A stretch of 63,468 nucleotides of DNA, the filler included, from a bacterium (GTDB lineage Bacteria > UBA9089 > CG2-30-40-21 > SBAY01): NCBI GenBank assembly GCA_040757115.1. It is 5 parts of 5 records of this genome, joined end to end, with 100 filler letters (N's around TTAATTAATTAA, not from the genome) between each part and the next. Parts side by side here need not be neighbours in the genome. Positions count along the whole stretch, not along the records: positions 1 to 31,731 come from JBFLYA010000017.1; positions 31,832 to 39,788 come from JBFLYA010000173.1; 3 more parts are not named here. One strand, written 5' to 3'. The translations under genes were made by a program, and so were the position numbers. Within the stretch, counting starts at the first letter, position 1. Every line of letters starts with the position of its first letter. The notes beneath the pieces were generated by a model, which searched no databases, was not told where the DNA came from, and saw only the letters and a program-made list of their open reading frames with translations. This document shows, piece after piece, positions 26,201 through 36,739 of this stretch.

Positions 26201-29200
26201 GACTTCTGATTCAATTTACTTAGACTTAACTGCACCTGTCGGCACTCTGACCATTAATCAAGATGCAGTCTATGCTACCACAACGGCGGTTTTACTCAGC
26301 TATACCGTAGAGTCAGATACAACAGGGATAAGATTTAGTAATGACCTGGTGGTCTTTAGTTCCTGGGGAACACCAACTATTCCTACGGGCACACAAGCCT
26401 GGACATTATCTTCTGGTGATGGGTTAAAGATAGTTTATATGCAATTACAGGATGCCGCAGGCACAATCACGACGGTGCGAGACTTGATTATCCTGGATAC
26501 GCAAGGACCTGGTTGCACAGTAGTTATTGATGAACACGACCTCTATACACGCAATGCTACCGTAACATTGACTATCTCTGCCTACGACCCGTTCTCAGGA
26601 CTGGGGAGTATGAGATTTTCCAATGACAATAATAGTTGGTCTTCATGGGAAACATACTATACAGGGACTAAGTCCTGGAGTTTAACTACCGATGCAGGAG
26701 GAACTGCAACTAACGGCACTCGACGGGTATATGCCCAATTTAGAGATAATGCAGGTAATATATCTGCTACCTATACCGATAAGATAGTTTATGATACCCA
26801 GCCACCTATTCCTGGTAGTGTAGTCATAAATGGTGGTGCGGCATATTCTACCAGCAAACGGCTTGAATTTGACTGGTCTGGTTTTACCGATGCCACTACA
26901 GAAATAAAAGGATACTACTATGCCTTTACCGATGGTGCTGGAACCACAACCGGGACATATACTACGGCTACCTCTGGCAGGCTTTATGGCGCAGCCGAAG
27001 GCACTGTCACTGTATATGTTTGGGCAGTAGATACGGTTGGCAATATTGGCTCTTCCTGTAGTGATTCTATCTTTGTAGATACTGTATCGCCAGTAGTCAG
27101 TAATGTCAGCATCAATGGTGGAGCGGTCTATGCTACAACTACTATTTTGACCTTTAGCTGGGCTGGCACAGATACAACCCCTGCCTCTGGAGTTAAAGGC
27201 TATTATTACTCATTTGAGAATAATGGTGGTAGTAAGAATGGTGTATTTACTACATTACTTACCGGCACACTAACGACGCCACTCCAAGGCACAGTTACTA
27301 TCTATGTTTGGGCAGAAGACAATGCGGGCAATATCGGGACATCTGCCGCTGATACAATTATCGTTGATGTCTCACCACCTGTTGGTCAATTGTCTGCTGA
27401 TAAGACTTATGTGAAACAAGGCGATACAGTTACCTTCTACTATAATCTTAAGGATTCACAGAATATTACCTCAGTTCAGATTTTAGCGGATGAGTTGAAG
27501 AAGATAGATGGTAGTGCCAGCTCAACACTTGACTTAAGAGACAATGGGCAAGGGGCGGATTTGGTTGCTGGCGACTATATCTTTACCGGCACTCATACTA
27601 TCACCGGGACGGCAAGTGATGGGTTAAAAGAAATCTATGCCACAGCCACAGATTCTGCTAATAATGTATTTACTTCAAAGGTAAAGATTACGGTTGATAT
27701 GACACGACCAGTGATTAATTGGGTGCAAATTAATCAAGGAGCAACCTATACCACAACCAACTTCTTAGATATAGTTTGGGTAGGTCAGGATACAACTTCA
27801 GGGATTGCCTGGTACTATTATTCATTCAGGGATGGTTCTGGGACTACACAGGGCTTGATGACTACAGGAACAGCAACACAACTGGGCACTACTACGCAAG
27901 GCACAATCACTGTTTATGTCTGGGCAATGGATAATGCCGGCAATATTGGCGGCTCAAATTATGATAGTATCATTATGGATACCCAGGGACCAGTGGTGAA
28001 TATTACTGCACCTGCGACCGGGGTAATTCGTCGGGGAACAGTATCAGTTATATTCACTGGTGTAGATTCAATTGTGAGTATTTCTGGGACACCGACCATT
28101 TATATTGATGGAGCGACTTACACTACACAATGGTGGCCACCTAATGGCACATATACCTGGCTAACTTCTAATTTTAGCGATGGCAGTCATATCTATAAGA
28201 TTCGGGCAATAGATACTTTAGGAAATATAGGGGAATCGGAACTGCAGGTATTAATTATTGATAATTCAGCACCTGGCGCACCCATTTTAGCTCAGCCGCC
28301 ATCTCCTACACGCTTTGCTACGATTACTATAAACGGGACAGCAGAAGGTTCATCTACCGTTACCCTTTACCTTAATAGTGTAGAATATGGGACGGTGAGT
28401 GCTTCTAATTTGGGGACATTTAGCCGTTATGTAGTTCTTTCACAACAAGGGTCAAATACCATCACGGCACGAGCCACAGACCTACTCGGTAACGGGCCAG
28501 GATTGGAGTCATTGCCAGTAGTGGTTGTCTATGATTCTGGCACACCGAGCCTTACCTTAGGAACTGTAGAGCCTGGCAGTTCCAATAATGTTGCTATTTT
28601 GGGGACAGCGACAGATTTAATTACTGCTGTGCGGGTGGAGTATCAACTCGATTCTAATCCTGCCTGGATTTCGGCTACGCCAAATGATGGCGTATTTGAT
28701 TCCGGCACAGAGGCATTTACCATATTCCTATATAATTTAGCCGATGGCACACATACCGTTGTGGCAAGGGCAATTGACCAGGCAGGGAATATTTCATCCA
28801 GCCAGACCTGGACATTCCAGATAGATACTACGGGTCCTGTGACGACCAATCTTAGTCTATCTGCCATTGTAACTAATAGCACGATTACTATTTCCGCCCA
28901 AATTACAGATAGCCTTAATCCCGTAGTTGAGGCACGATTCTATGTCGATACCTATCCGTCAACCGGGACATTAATGGTCGGCACAGGTAGTCTAAGCAGT
29001 CCTGTTTATGGCACACTAAATATTAGTAATTTAGCAGATGGCACGCATCTCCTCTATGTGCGTGGTAAGGATAGTCGTGGTAACTGGGGTAGTCCGCAGT
29101 CAACTATCTTCATTGTGGCAAAGGCAAATATTGTGGTGGTAGTTAATCCAGTGAGTCCTGACCCGCTGGGGACGACTACCTTGCGAAGTACGGGTTATGC

Positions 29201-31731
29201 CGCAGATTCAACCGCTAAGATTACCTCTTTGAATTGGACATTAATTAGTAGCACCGGGACGATATTAGCAAGTGATTCTATCTTGCCTAAAGATGGCACC
29301 TTTGATGAATTAGAGGAGGAGTTTGATTTTGGCACGGTGTCATTATGGCAGGGGACTTTGACAATGTCCGTGCGGGCAGGTGATGAGGCAGGAAATTACG
29401 GGACGGGCTCAGATACCTTTGTCATCGATATTGGCACGTCTACGATTGAATTAGGAACTATTCCGTCACCTGCAACAACTAATGATGTCTCCATTTTAGG
29501 CACGGCATCAGATACACTTACAACTATCACTACGGTAAAATATCGCCTGGATTCTGGTAATTGGTTAGTGGCATCTGCTAATGATGGTATTTTTGATGAG
29601 GCGATGGAAACCTTTACTATTTACCTCTACGAACTATCAGAAGGAACACATACCGTCAGGGTAATTGGTGTTGATTCAGCCGGGAATGAATCTATGGAGA
29701 AGACCTATTCATTCCAGATAGATACACGAGGACCTACCGTATCAAATATTCAAGTGAACTCTAACCCAACTAATGCTACGGCTACCTTAAGTGCTACTTT
29801 GACAGATTCGCTAAACAATGTTTCATCAGCAGAATTCTATATTGATACTTACCCAGGGACAGCAACAGCGATGGCAGGTGTGTTTGGTAGCCGCACAGTA
29901 AATGTAACAGGCACTATTTCAATTACAGACCTTGCTGAAGGTCAGCATCTGGCATATATTCGTGGTAAGGATAACCTTGGTAACTGGGGTGATGTAGGCT
30001 TTATTTTATTTACGGTAGATAAAGGCGGGTTATTTGTTTATGTTACGCCAGTATCCCCAGACCCGGCAGGGACCACTACCGTTACAGTGAAAGGTTATGT
30101 GCAGGATGGAAGTGTGGTGATTAGTGCCATTGCCTGGCGATTGGATAGTGGTACCTGGACTTCGCTACCAGGTCCATTTGGAGACCTTAAAGAGGATTTC
30201 TCTATTCAGGTTGGAGTTACTACTGATGGTCCTCATACGGTTACAGTGCGTGGGACAAATACTGCGGATAGTTCTGCCGAAGGATATGATACATTCGTTA
30301 TAGACCGAGGGACTCCGAGTATAACTTTAGTTTCATTGTCAGGTGTGGTAGGTAATGACATCAATCTAACAGGGACTGCAACGGACAGCACAACTAAGAT
30401 AGTTGATGTCCGATATAAGATTGATACTGGCGCCTGGAACTCTGCTTCTTCGATGGATGGTGCGTTTGATGAGGCAACGGAGACATTTACTATCGCCCTG
30501 GTTGAATTACCTGAAGGCACACATACACTTACTGCGCGGGCAGTAGATGAGGTGGGAAATTACAGTAGTGAGGTTGTTAGAATATTTTGTGTAGATACCA
30601 GAGCACCTGAGGTAAATATCTATGCAGTAGATGGTGCTACCCCTGGGTCAAAGGTATTGGCAGGCACGGTTGATGTGGCATTTATCGCTTATGATACCGT
30701 TACTTCGCTTATCGGCACTCCAACCATATTAGTTGATGGTAACAATTGGGGTTATGCACAGGTCTGGACTTCTACTACCGGCTATGGCACTTATTCCTGG
30801 AATACAACCTCCTTACCCGATGGTGCTCATACATTACAGGTGATGGCAACAGATACAGCGGGTAATGTTGGTTATTCTTCCTTAAGGACAGTCATTGTTG
30901 ATAATGTTGTTACCAGTGTTATTACGATTACCAACCCTGTGTCTGGCTCACGAGTCTCTGGGACAGTAACTATCAGGGTTTCAGCACCTGCAAATACCCA
31001 GTATGTTCGATTCCAGGTAGGGACGGAGGCTAACTGGTATAATCCAGTCAATGGCACAACTACGCCGCCGTGGGGAACAGATACAGATGGTAGTGATAAT
31101 TGGACATTCTACTGGCGGACGCCTCTATTCCCAGATGCCAGCAATTATAAAGTTAGAGCAATAGCTTATGCGACAGGGAGTGTGGTGCTTGGTACGGCAA
31201 CCAATACTGAGATTACGGTAGATAATACCCCAGGGACAGTAACTTTTGGCACTATACCCGCGGTTGTTTCCAGAACATTAGTAGGCACGGTAACTGCCGC
31301 TTCGGATGTTGACCAAGTATTATTTGAATATCGGAAAGAAGGAACAGTAGAATGGTATCCAATCTCTCTCGACATCTCCCCACCATTTGGTTTCTCATGG
31401 AATACACTTGGTGTAGAAGATGGGACTTATACCATAAAGGCTACACCTAAAGATACTATGGGTACAGGTACACCGAATATCAGTAATGCCTTTAAGGTGG
31501 ATAATACCGCCCCGGCATTGGTCATAACGAGTATAGATGGTGCAATAGTCGGGGCAAAGGTATTAGTTGGCACAGTAGCAGTAGTATTTACGGCACAGGA
31601 TACGACGAGCTGGATAGAAGGGACAGTGACGGTGTTGATAGATGGGAATGAGGTTGGTTCAGCGAGTTACTGGACAGCACCCAATGGCACATATACCTGG
31701 GTAACACAGAATTATCCGGATGGTGCCCATA
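2274..31731 (+). CDS. Giant secreted repetitive surface protein or adhesin (>9,800 aa, 3' truncated by contig end)
   Basis: Open frame of ~29.5 kb with GGAG RBS and Sec signal peptide (…FNSNVWA|AT). DUF11-like domain ~3190-3530; 39 repeats of ~183 aa (~4200-25630); then ~95-aa Ig-like (Big) domains with D-x-T-x-P linkers and a choice-of-anchor-X-like motif LRDNGQGADLVAGDYIFTG (~27535-27590). The stop at 31787 is inside the artificial linker. Confidence 0.92.
17769..21680 (+). repeat. Recent tandem duplication of a three-domain block inside the giant gene
   Basis: Equivalent GCCGTGCC starts at 17769, 19401 and 21039 (periods 1632 and 1638 nt). The first two copies are nearly identical in protein; the third is partial and more diverged. 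Confidence 0.9.
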
Positions 31732-31831
31732 NNNNNNNNNNNNNNNNNNNNNNNNNNNNNNNNNNNNNNNNNNNNTTAATTAATTAANNNNNNNNNNNNN
31801 NNNNNNNNNNNNNNNNNNNNNNNNNNNNNNN
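31732..31831. other. Artificial contig linker
   Basis: 44 N + TTAATTAATTAA (stops in all six frames) + 44 N. Confidence 0.97.
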
Positions 31832-31865
31832 TTGAAATGCACTCAACAGGTGCAAGGAGGAACGG

Positions 31866-32043
31866 CATTTACCCTGTTTCTCTTTATCCTATAGAGATAA
31901 TAATAAAGGATCCGGTCATAAAAGTCAAGTTTCTTTTTGTTCACAATCAAAGATTTCACAAACTCTCCCATGAGGAGAGAAATATTATTAAATATTAATT
32001 ATAAATTAATTAATAACTATATTAAACATATTATACGAGGAGG
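31866..32043 (+). promoter_or_regulatory. 178-bp leader duplicated at the window end; carries an outward sigma70-like promoter and an inward Shine-Dalgarno
   Basis: Matches the reverse complement of 63121-63468 once a MITE is removed, with one mismatch seen. Ends in GAGGAGG, 7 nt before ATG 32051. TTGACT-N17-TATTAT lies on the minus strand. Confidence 0.85.
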
Positions 32044-32050
32044 AAAAGAG

Positions 32051-33494
32051 ATGAACCTACTATATTTATCGGCAAGTTTTTACCACATATTGAATACTTT
32101 TACAAGTTCTTTTAAAAACAAACAAAGTTTCAACAACTTTGTGACTCTAACTATTGGTTGGTTACTAACACCAGGACGAAAGACTATTACCCGCATAATT
32201 CAAACTATAGGTGCAGACAAAAGAAAACATCATAGTTGTTTCTACAATTTCTTTAAAAGGGCTAAATGGGACATTAACCATTTAGTCTATGGAGTATTGA
32301 AAATGATCGTTATCACCCTTATCCCAGAAGGAAGCATTGTTCATACTGTTGGTGATGATATCCTAATTCGCCAAGAGCGGGAAAAAGATTCCAGAAACAG
32401 GTATATTCAGAGACTCTGTTCTTTCTACCAAGAAAATCCATGTCTTTAGATGGGGACAAAACTGGGTTACTCTCGGTATCATCGTCAAACTCCCTTTCCT
32501 TAATAATAGATATATGTGTTTACCTATTATGGCTAAACTCTGTTCTAAAAAACAACCTTATTCCAAAAAAGAAAAGCTCCCTCAAACTCGTTACCAGATA
32601 ATGATTGAAATGCTTCAACTCCTTGCGTCCTGGCTGCCAAATCGACAAATCATTCATACCGTAGATGGTGCTTATGCTCATGAAACTATAGTTAATCATC
32701 TCCCTGCAAATGTTGAAATTGTTAGCCAAATTAGAGCTGATGCTGCCCTTTATGAAAAACCTTCTCTTGAAACTCTAAAGAGACGAGGTGCACCACACAA
32801 AAAAGGAAACCGATTACAAAAACCAAAAGATATAGCCAATGACCCTCAAATCCCCTATCAAACTATTCAAGCAAATACCTACGGAGAATCTTCTACCTTT
32901 TTGGTCAAACAAATAACTGCTCTCTGGTATAGAGTGGGTAAAAGTAAACCTTTGTCTATCCTTATTGTAAGAGACCCAGAAGGTAAACACCCAGATGCCT
33001 TCTTCTTTACCACCCTTCTTTCTTTATCTCCATCAATGATATTGGAACTTATTGCTGGTCGCTGGTCAATTGAAATTACTCACCGAGATAGTAAACAGTA
33101 TATGGGAATTAGTGAACCATAACTCCAGAATGAAAAATCAGTAAAAAGACAAATTCCTTTTACTTTCCTCATCATGAGTTTAGTAACCATTTGGTATGTG
33201 AAATTAACACACCACACTAATCTTAAACTCTTTTTACCATGTTCATGGTATTGACACAAACAGACTCCTTCATTCTTTGATATGTTAGTGGTTCTACGGC
33301 ACAGCCTCTGGACTAATCTATTTTTTGGTAACTCTACTTTTGAGGTTGAGATGCAAAAAATTTCCAGGTTATCTTGAACCATTTTTATCCACTCAAAAGT
33401 AGATAATCGCTTTAACAACGATAATAAAGGACTAAATCCTCTTAATTTTCTTGTTCAGGTGCTCGCGAGAGCATCATGAATGACGAAACTTCAG
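32051..33494 (+). pseudogene. Decayed IS701-family-like (DDE) transposase with probable right end
   Basis: Motifs F..L.IGWLL.PGRKTIT, DD.L.RKSGKKI, FRWGQNWV, VDGAY, RWSIE.THRD.KQ.MG and WY..K.TPSF.DML. +1 frameshift near 32372; in-frame stops at 33120 (TAA) and ~33252 (TGA); candidate terminus TGACGAAACTTCAG at ~33481-33494. Confidence 0.8.
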
Positions 33495-33500
33495 ATGCTA

Positions 33501-33764
33501 TTAGTTTGTATTCTTTAATTTGTTAATAATATATTTTGTTATTGATTCAATATTAACAAAGCTACCTGTGGAATTTAAATCATTATCAGAAACTTCAATA
33601 TCAAATGTGTTTTCGATTTCCACTATCACTTTAACAAACTTTAAGGAATCTATTCCATTTTCAGAAAACAACTTAAAATCTGTGTTAATAACAATATTGG
33701 AATCGATTTTTAATTTATGTACAAAGATATCTATTATCTTACTTTCGATCTCTTTTTCATCCAT
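33501..33764 (-). CDS. Acyl carrier protein (stand-alone)
   Basis: 87 aa, acidic, GIDSL phosphopantetheine attachment motif followed by IVEIENTFDIEV; GGAG RBS. Confidence 0.9.
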   Translation of the reverse strand: MDEKEIESKIIDIFVHKLKIDSNIVINTDFKLFSENGIDSLKFVKVIVEIENTFDIEVSDNDLNSTGSFVNIESITKYIINKLKNTN

Positions 33765-33797
33765 TATTTAACTCCTGCAATACCTAAATCCGCCGAA

Positions 33798-34721
33798 TCA
33801 CGTTTTTTTTAACAGTATTGCTGACCACTGTGTACCGATGCTCACGGCGTATAATACGATTAAATCGTCTTTTTTATAGATATTACTGTTAAGTGTATCG
33901 GTAATATTTCTAATCGCATCCACATTTCCAAAGTGTCCACCTTTTGGAATATTATCAAGAAAGATTTTACCTATTTCACAGTTTAGAAAATTACTGTAAT
34001 ATTCATAGGCTTCAATGTTTGTATTTACAGGTAAAATTCTCGAAATATCATTTATTCCATGATTATTATTTTTAAGTAATTTTAGAATTAAATTTGAACC
34101 GTTTTTAATTACTCTAACTGGGGTGCCTTCCGTCTTAAAAGTATTTTCGTTAATGCTCCCATTTGTGAAAGCACAGTAATCAATAATTTCAAATTCCCCC
34201 TTCTTTTCAGTCACTTCCATAATACCTAGCCCATCACTTATAATTGCAGGGGCTAAATAACGCTTTCTGTCATCTTCCAGGAATGAATTGGCTAATATTA
34301 AAATATTCTTTGCAGTATTATTTTTTATTAATGCATCTGCAACTTTAATACTAGCAAGCACACCAGAACAGCCTTGTGCAATACTCATAATATTGGCATT
34401 GACAAATTTGAACTCCTGATGTAAAGCATAAACAATATCTTCGTTGGCTTCCATTGTATTTGTATAGAATAAGTAATCGATACTATTTGCATCAATGCTT
34501 TTTTTGTTAAGATACTCTGTAAGCAAATCTTTATAAATGTTGTACTCATTTTCCCGTTTTTCTTTATATATAAATTCAGTCCCAATTCTAAGTTGGATTG
34601 ACTCTTTTATATGATCATATTCATTAGCTGAGCTAGCAATTTTAGAAACAATCTCTTCAATTTTGATTTTGGTTTTTGGTAAATAATAATTTGTATAACC
34701 AATATTTGAAAATGTATTCAT
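33798..34721 (-). CDS. KAS III (FabH)-like acyltransferase of the CerJ/ChlB6/CloN2 type
   Basis: Catalytic Cys in QGCSG. The FabH HQAN motif is replaced by VNTN, and GHFGNVD replaces GNTSAAS. C-terminal SIGTQWSAILL strand. Confidence 0.8.
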   Translation of the reverse strand: MNTFSNIGYTNYYLPKTKIKIEEIVSKIASSANEYDHIKESIQLRIGTEFIYKEKRENEYNIYKDLLTEYLNKKSIDANSIDYLFYTNTMEANEDIVYALHQEFKFVNANIMSIAQGCSGVLASIKVADALIKNNTAKNILILANSFLEDDRKRYLAPAIISDGLGIMEVTEKKGEFEIIDYCAFTNGSINENTFKTEGTPVRVIKNGSNLILKLLKNNNHGINDISRILPVNTNIEAYEYYSNFLNCEIGKIFLDNIPKGGHFGNVDAIRNITDTLNSNIYKKDDLIVLYAVSIGTQWSAILLKKT

Positions 34722-34731
34722 ACAATCTCCA

Positions 34732-36165
34732 TTATTCTATATGTTTTTGAAGTTCTAGATTAAATTCCTTTTCCAAAATAGAAAAGAAATAAATAAAACT
34801 CTCTTTAAGTATAGGATTTATTTTTAGTATTTTCTTAACAGTTTCTTGATAGTTTTCTGAACTATAAATTCTATAATATAGATCCTTTGCAAATTTATTT
34901 AGGTCTGTATAATGTTTTGTCTTTAAAACTTGGCACTCTATTGTCGCATAACTGGGATTCTTATATTTTTCTGCAAGCCATAAATTTTCTTCATCTACCC
35001 TCTTTCTTAATCTTGTACCTAAAAAAGGATAAGTAAAGGAAAGTGTAAACCGTGTAAATGGGATGGTCGGGAGTTCTCTATTAATGGCATCTAATACCTC
35101 CATTTCTTCATTGGCATATCCTACCATTAGTAAACAGGAAGATAGGATTCCGTTATTAATCGTGGTTTCAAACGCTTTCCTGATATGGTTAAGGTTAATG
35201 CCTTTTCTCATTGTTTTTAAAATATTGCTGTCTAGACTTTCAACTCCGTATGAAATCGCGACGACCCCTGCTTTTTTTAAATATATGAGCATTTCGTTAT
35301 CTACTTCATTTACCCTTCCGAATATAGTTATAGGAGTTTGTAATGAATGGAAGTGGATTTTATCGCATAATTCATACAACCATTCCTTATTACTGGTTAA
35401 GCATTCATCTGCAAATTGTATATGATTGACATTATATTTTATTTTTAGAATACGAATTTCATCAATAATATTATCAGGTGTTCTATAGGTAACTTTATTA
35501 CTCCAGGAAACTCTGTTTGTACAAAATTCACAATTATATTTGCACCCGCGAGATCCAAAAACGAGAGCAGATCTTTGCTTATTTGAAGGAGGATAGTTAA
35601 GTGCATGGACTGCATACTGCGAAAAATTAGTATGTTTCCTGTCAGGAAAGGATATTGAATCTATATTCATAATTCTTTCCCTGTTTTCTTCTTCAAAAAT
35701 TTGATTCCCAACCTTGTGAAAGATACCCTTGCACCTTTCTAGTGGTTTATGATTTTCTATTCTATCCAGCAATTCTGCAAAGGTGGCCTCACCTTCACCT
35801 TTAACTGCAATATCTACACATTTATGTGCGATCGCGTTTGGATCAGTCGTAACATGAATACCACCTATAATAGTAATAATCCGAGGGTTAATTTTTTTAA
35901 TTTCATTAAGCATCTCAATGGTTTGATTGAAATTTGCAGACCAGCATGAACAGCACAATATTTCTGGGGCAAATGTATTAATTTCTAAAAGCATTGTTGC
36001 AAAACTTTTATTTGCCTGCTGCAGGACTAATGTTGTATGACCTTGCTTCTCAGCAATAGCAGATAGATATTCTAAGGCCAAAGGTTCAGATATAATATAA
36101 CTATCATGATCTTCTTTGAACCCTTTTTTTAGGCTGCACGACATCTCAACAAAAATTATCTTCAT
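34732..36165 (-). CDS. Cobalamin-binding radical SAM enzyme (class B methyltransferase-like)
   Basis: N-terminal B12 domain (EPLALEYL, GGIHVT, GEGE), CxxxCxxC in GCKYNCEFC, FADE and YGVES. Confidence 0.9.
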   Translation of the reverse strand: MKIIFVEMSCSLKKGFKEDHDSYIISEPLALEYLSAIAEKQGHTTLVLQQANKSFATMLLEINTFAPEILCCSCWSANFNQTIEMLNEIKKINPRIITIIGGIHVTTDPNAIAHKCVDIAVKGEGEATFAELLDRIENHKPLERCKGIFHKVGNQIFEEENRERIMNIDSISFPDRKHTNFSQYAVHALNYPPSNKQRSALVFGSRGCKYNCEFCTNRVSWSNKVTYRTPDNIIDEIRILKIKYNVNHIQFADECLTSNKEWLYELCDKIHFHSLQTPITIFGRVNEVDNEMLIYLKKAGVVAISYGVESLDSNILKTMRKGINLNHIRKAFETTINNGILSSCLLMVGYANEEMEVLDAINRELPTIPFTRFTLSFTYPFLGTRLRKRVDEENLWLAEKYKNPSYATIECQVLKTKHYTDLNKFAKDLYYRIYSSENYQETVKKILKINPILKESFIYFFSILEKEFNLELQKHIE

Positions 36166-36340
36166 TTTTTATTCTTCCTTACAATATTATTTAGTGCCTA
36201 AACGGAAATTGATTTTTACTTTATATTCTTTTATTTTCTGATTAATTTGTTACCTCTTCAATCTGTAAGCTATATGAGCAGTGAGCATCTGCTGATATTG
36301 GATAATCAGGTAAATGATTTTTTCTCAAAATATTTCCCTT

Positions 36341-36575
36341 GTGGTCTACTCCCGTTGAATGGTAGATAGAGTGAAACAATCCCCAAGAGACCAGACTTTA
36401 TCGGTAAGGCCAGCAACCATCGCTGGTGTCCGACCCTGATATTCCCCTTCTACAACCTTTATTGGTAATGTCCTTTTTTGTGGGGAGAATTAATTGCTCC
36501 CTGCTTCAGTTATCGGCAAACATGTGTATACTTTAATTTAAGCACGTCACCAAACCCTCAACGGGAGTAGACCAC
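36341..36575 (-). mobile_element. Internally deleted IS1-like element (18-bp terminal inverted repeats, transposase C-terminal remnant)
   Basis: GTGGTCTACTCCCGTTGA (36341-36358) and its perfect reverse complement (36558-36575). The minus strand encodes ...GRTPAMVAGLTDKVWSL...* with the stop at 36346. Confidence 0.75.
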
Positions 36576-36739
36576 CAGGAATATTTGAAGATTAACTAAA
36601 TTAATTCCTGTTGCAATTAAAGAATTATGAATTTATTTGCCTCACAGCACACAGCTCACGGCAAGTTATCTTCAAGAGTTTATATTTGCTGAATAATCTC
36701 AATAATACTTACTTTCAATAAATTCCGTTCAAGCACAAC

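Noticed and set aside
2506-31375. Many 60-130-aa ORFs antisense to or out of frame with the giant gene
   Set aside because: Shadow ORFs of a repetitive Thr/Val/Gly-rich coding strand; no recognisable motifs.
31732-31831. Apparent stop of the giant ORF at 31787 and apparent adjacency of the giant gene, biosynthetic cluster, flagellar operon and nrdJ
   Set aside because: TTAATTAATTAA within N-runs is an artificial join (also at 39789, 47798 and 55655), so cross-linker synteny and linker-derived stops mean nothing.
31937-33418. Three separate ORFs of 170, 202 and 112 aa
   Set aside because: The first two are pieces of one frameshifted and nonsense-mutated transposase; the third is its antisense shadow.
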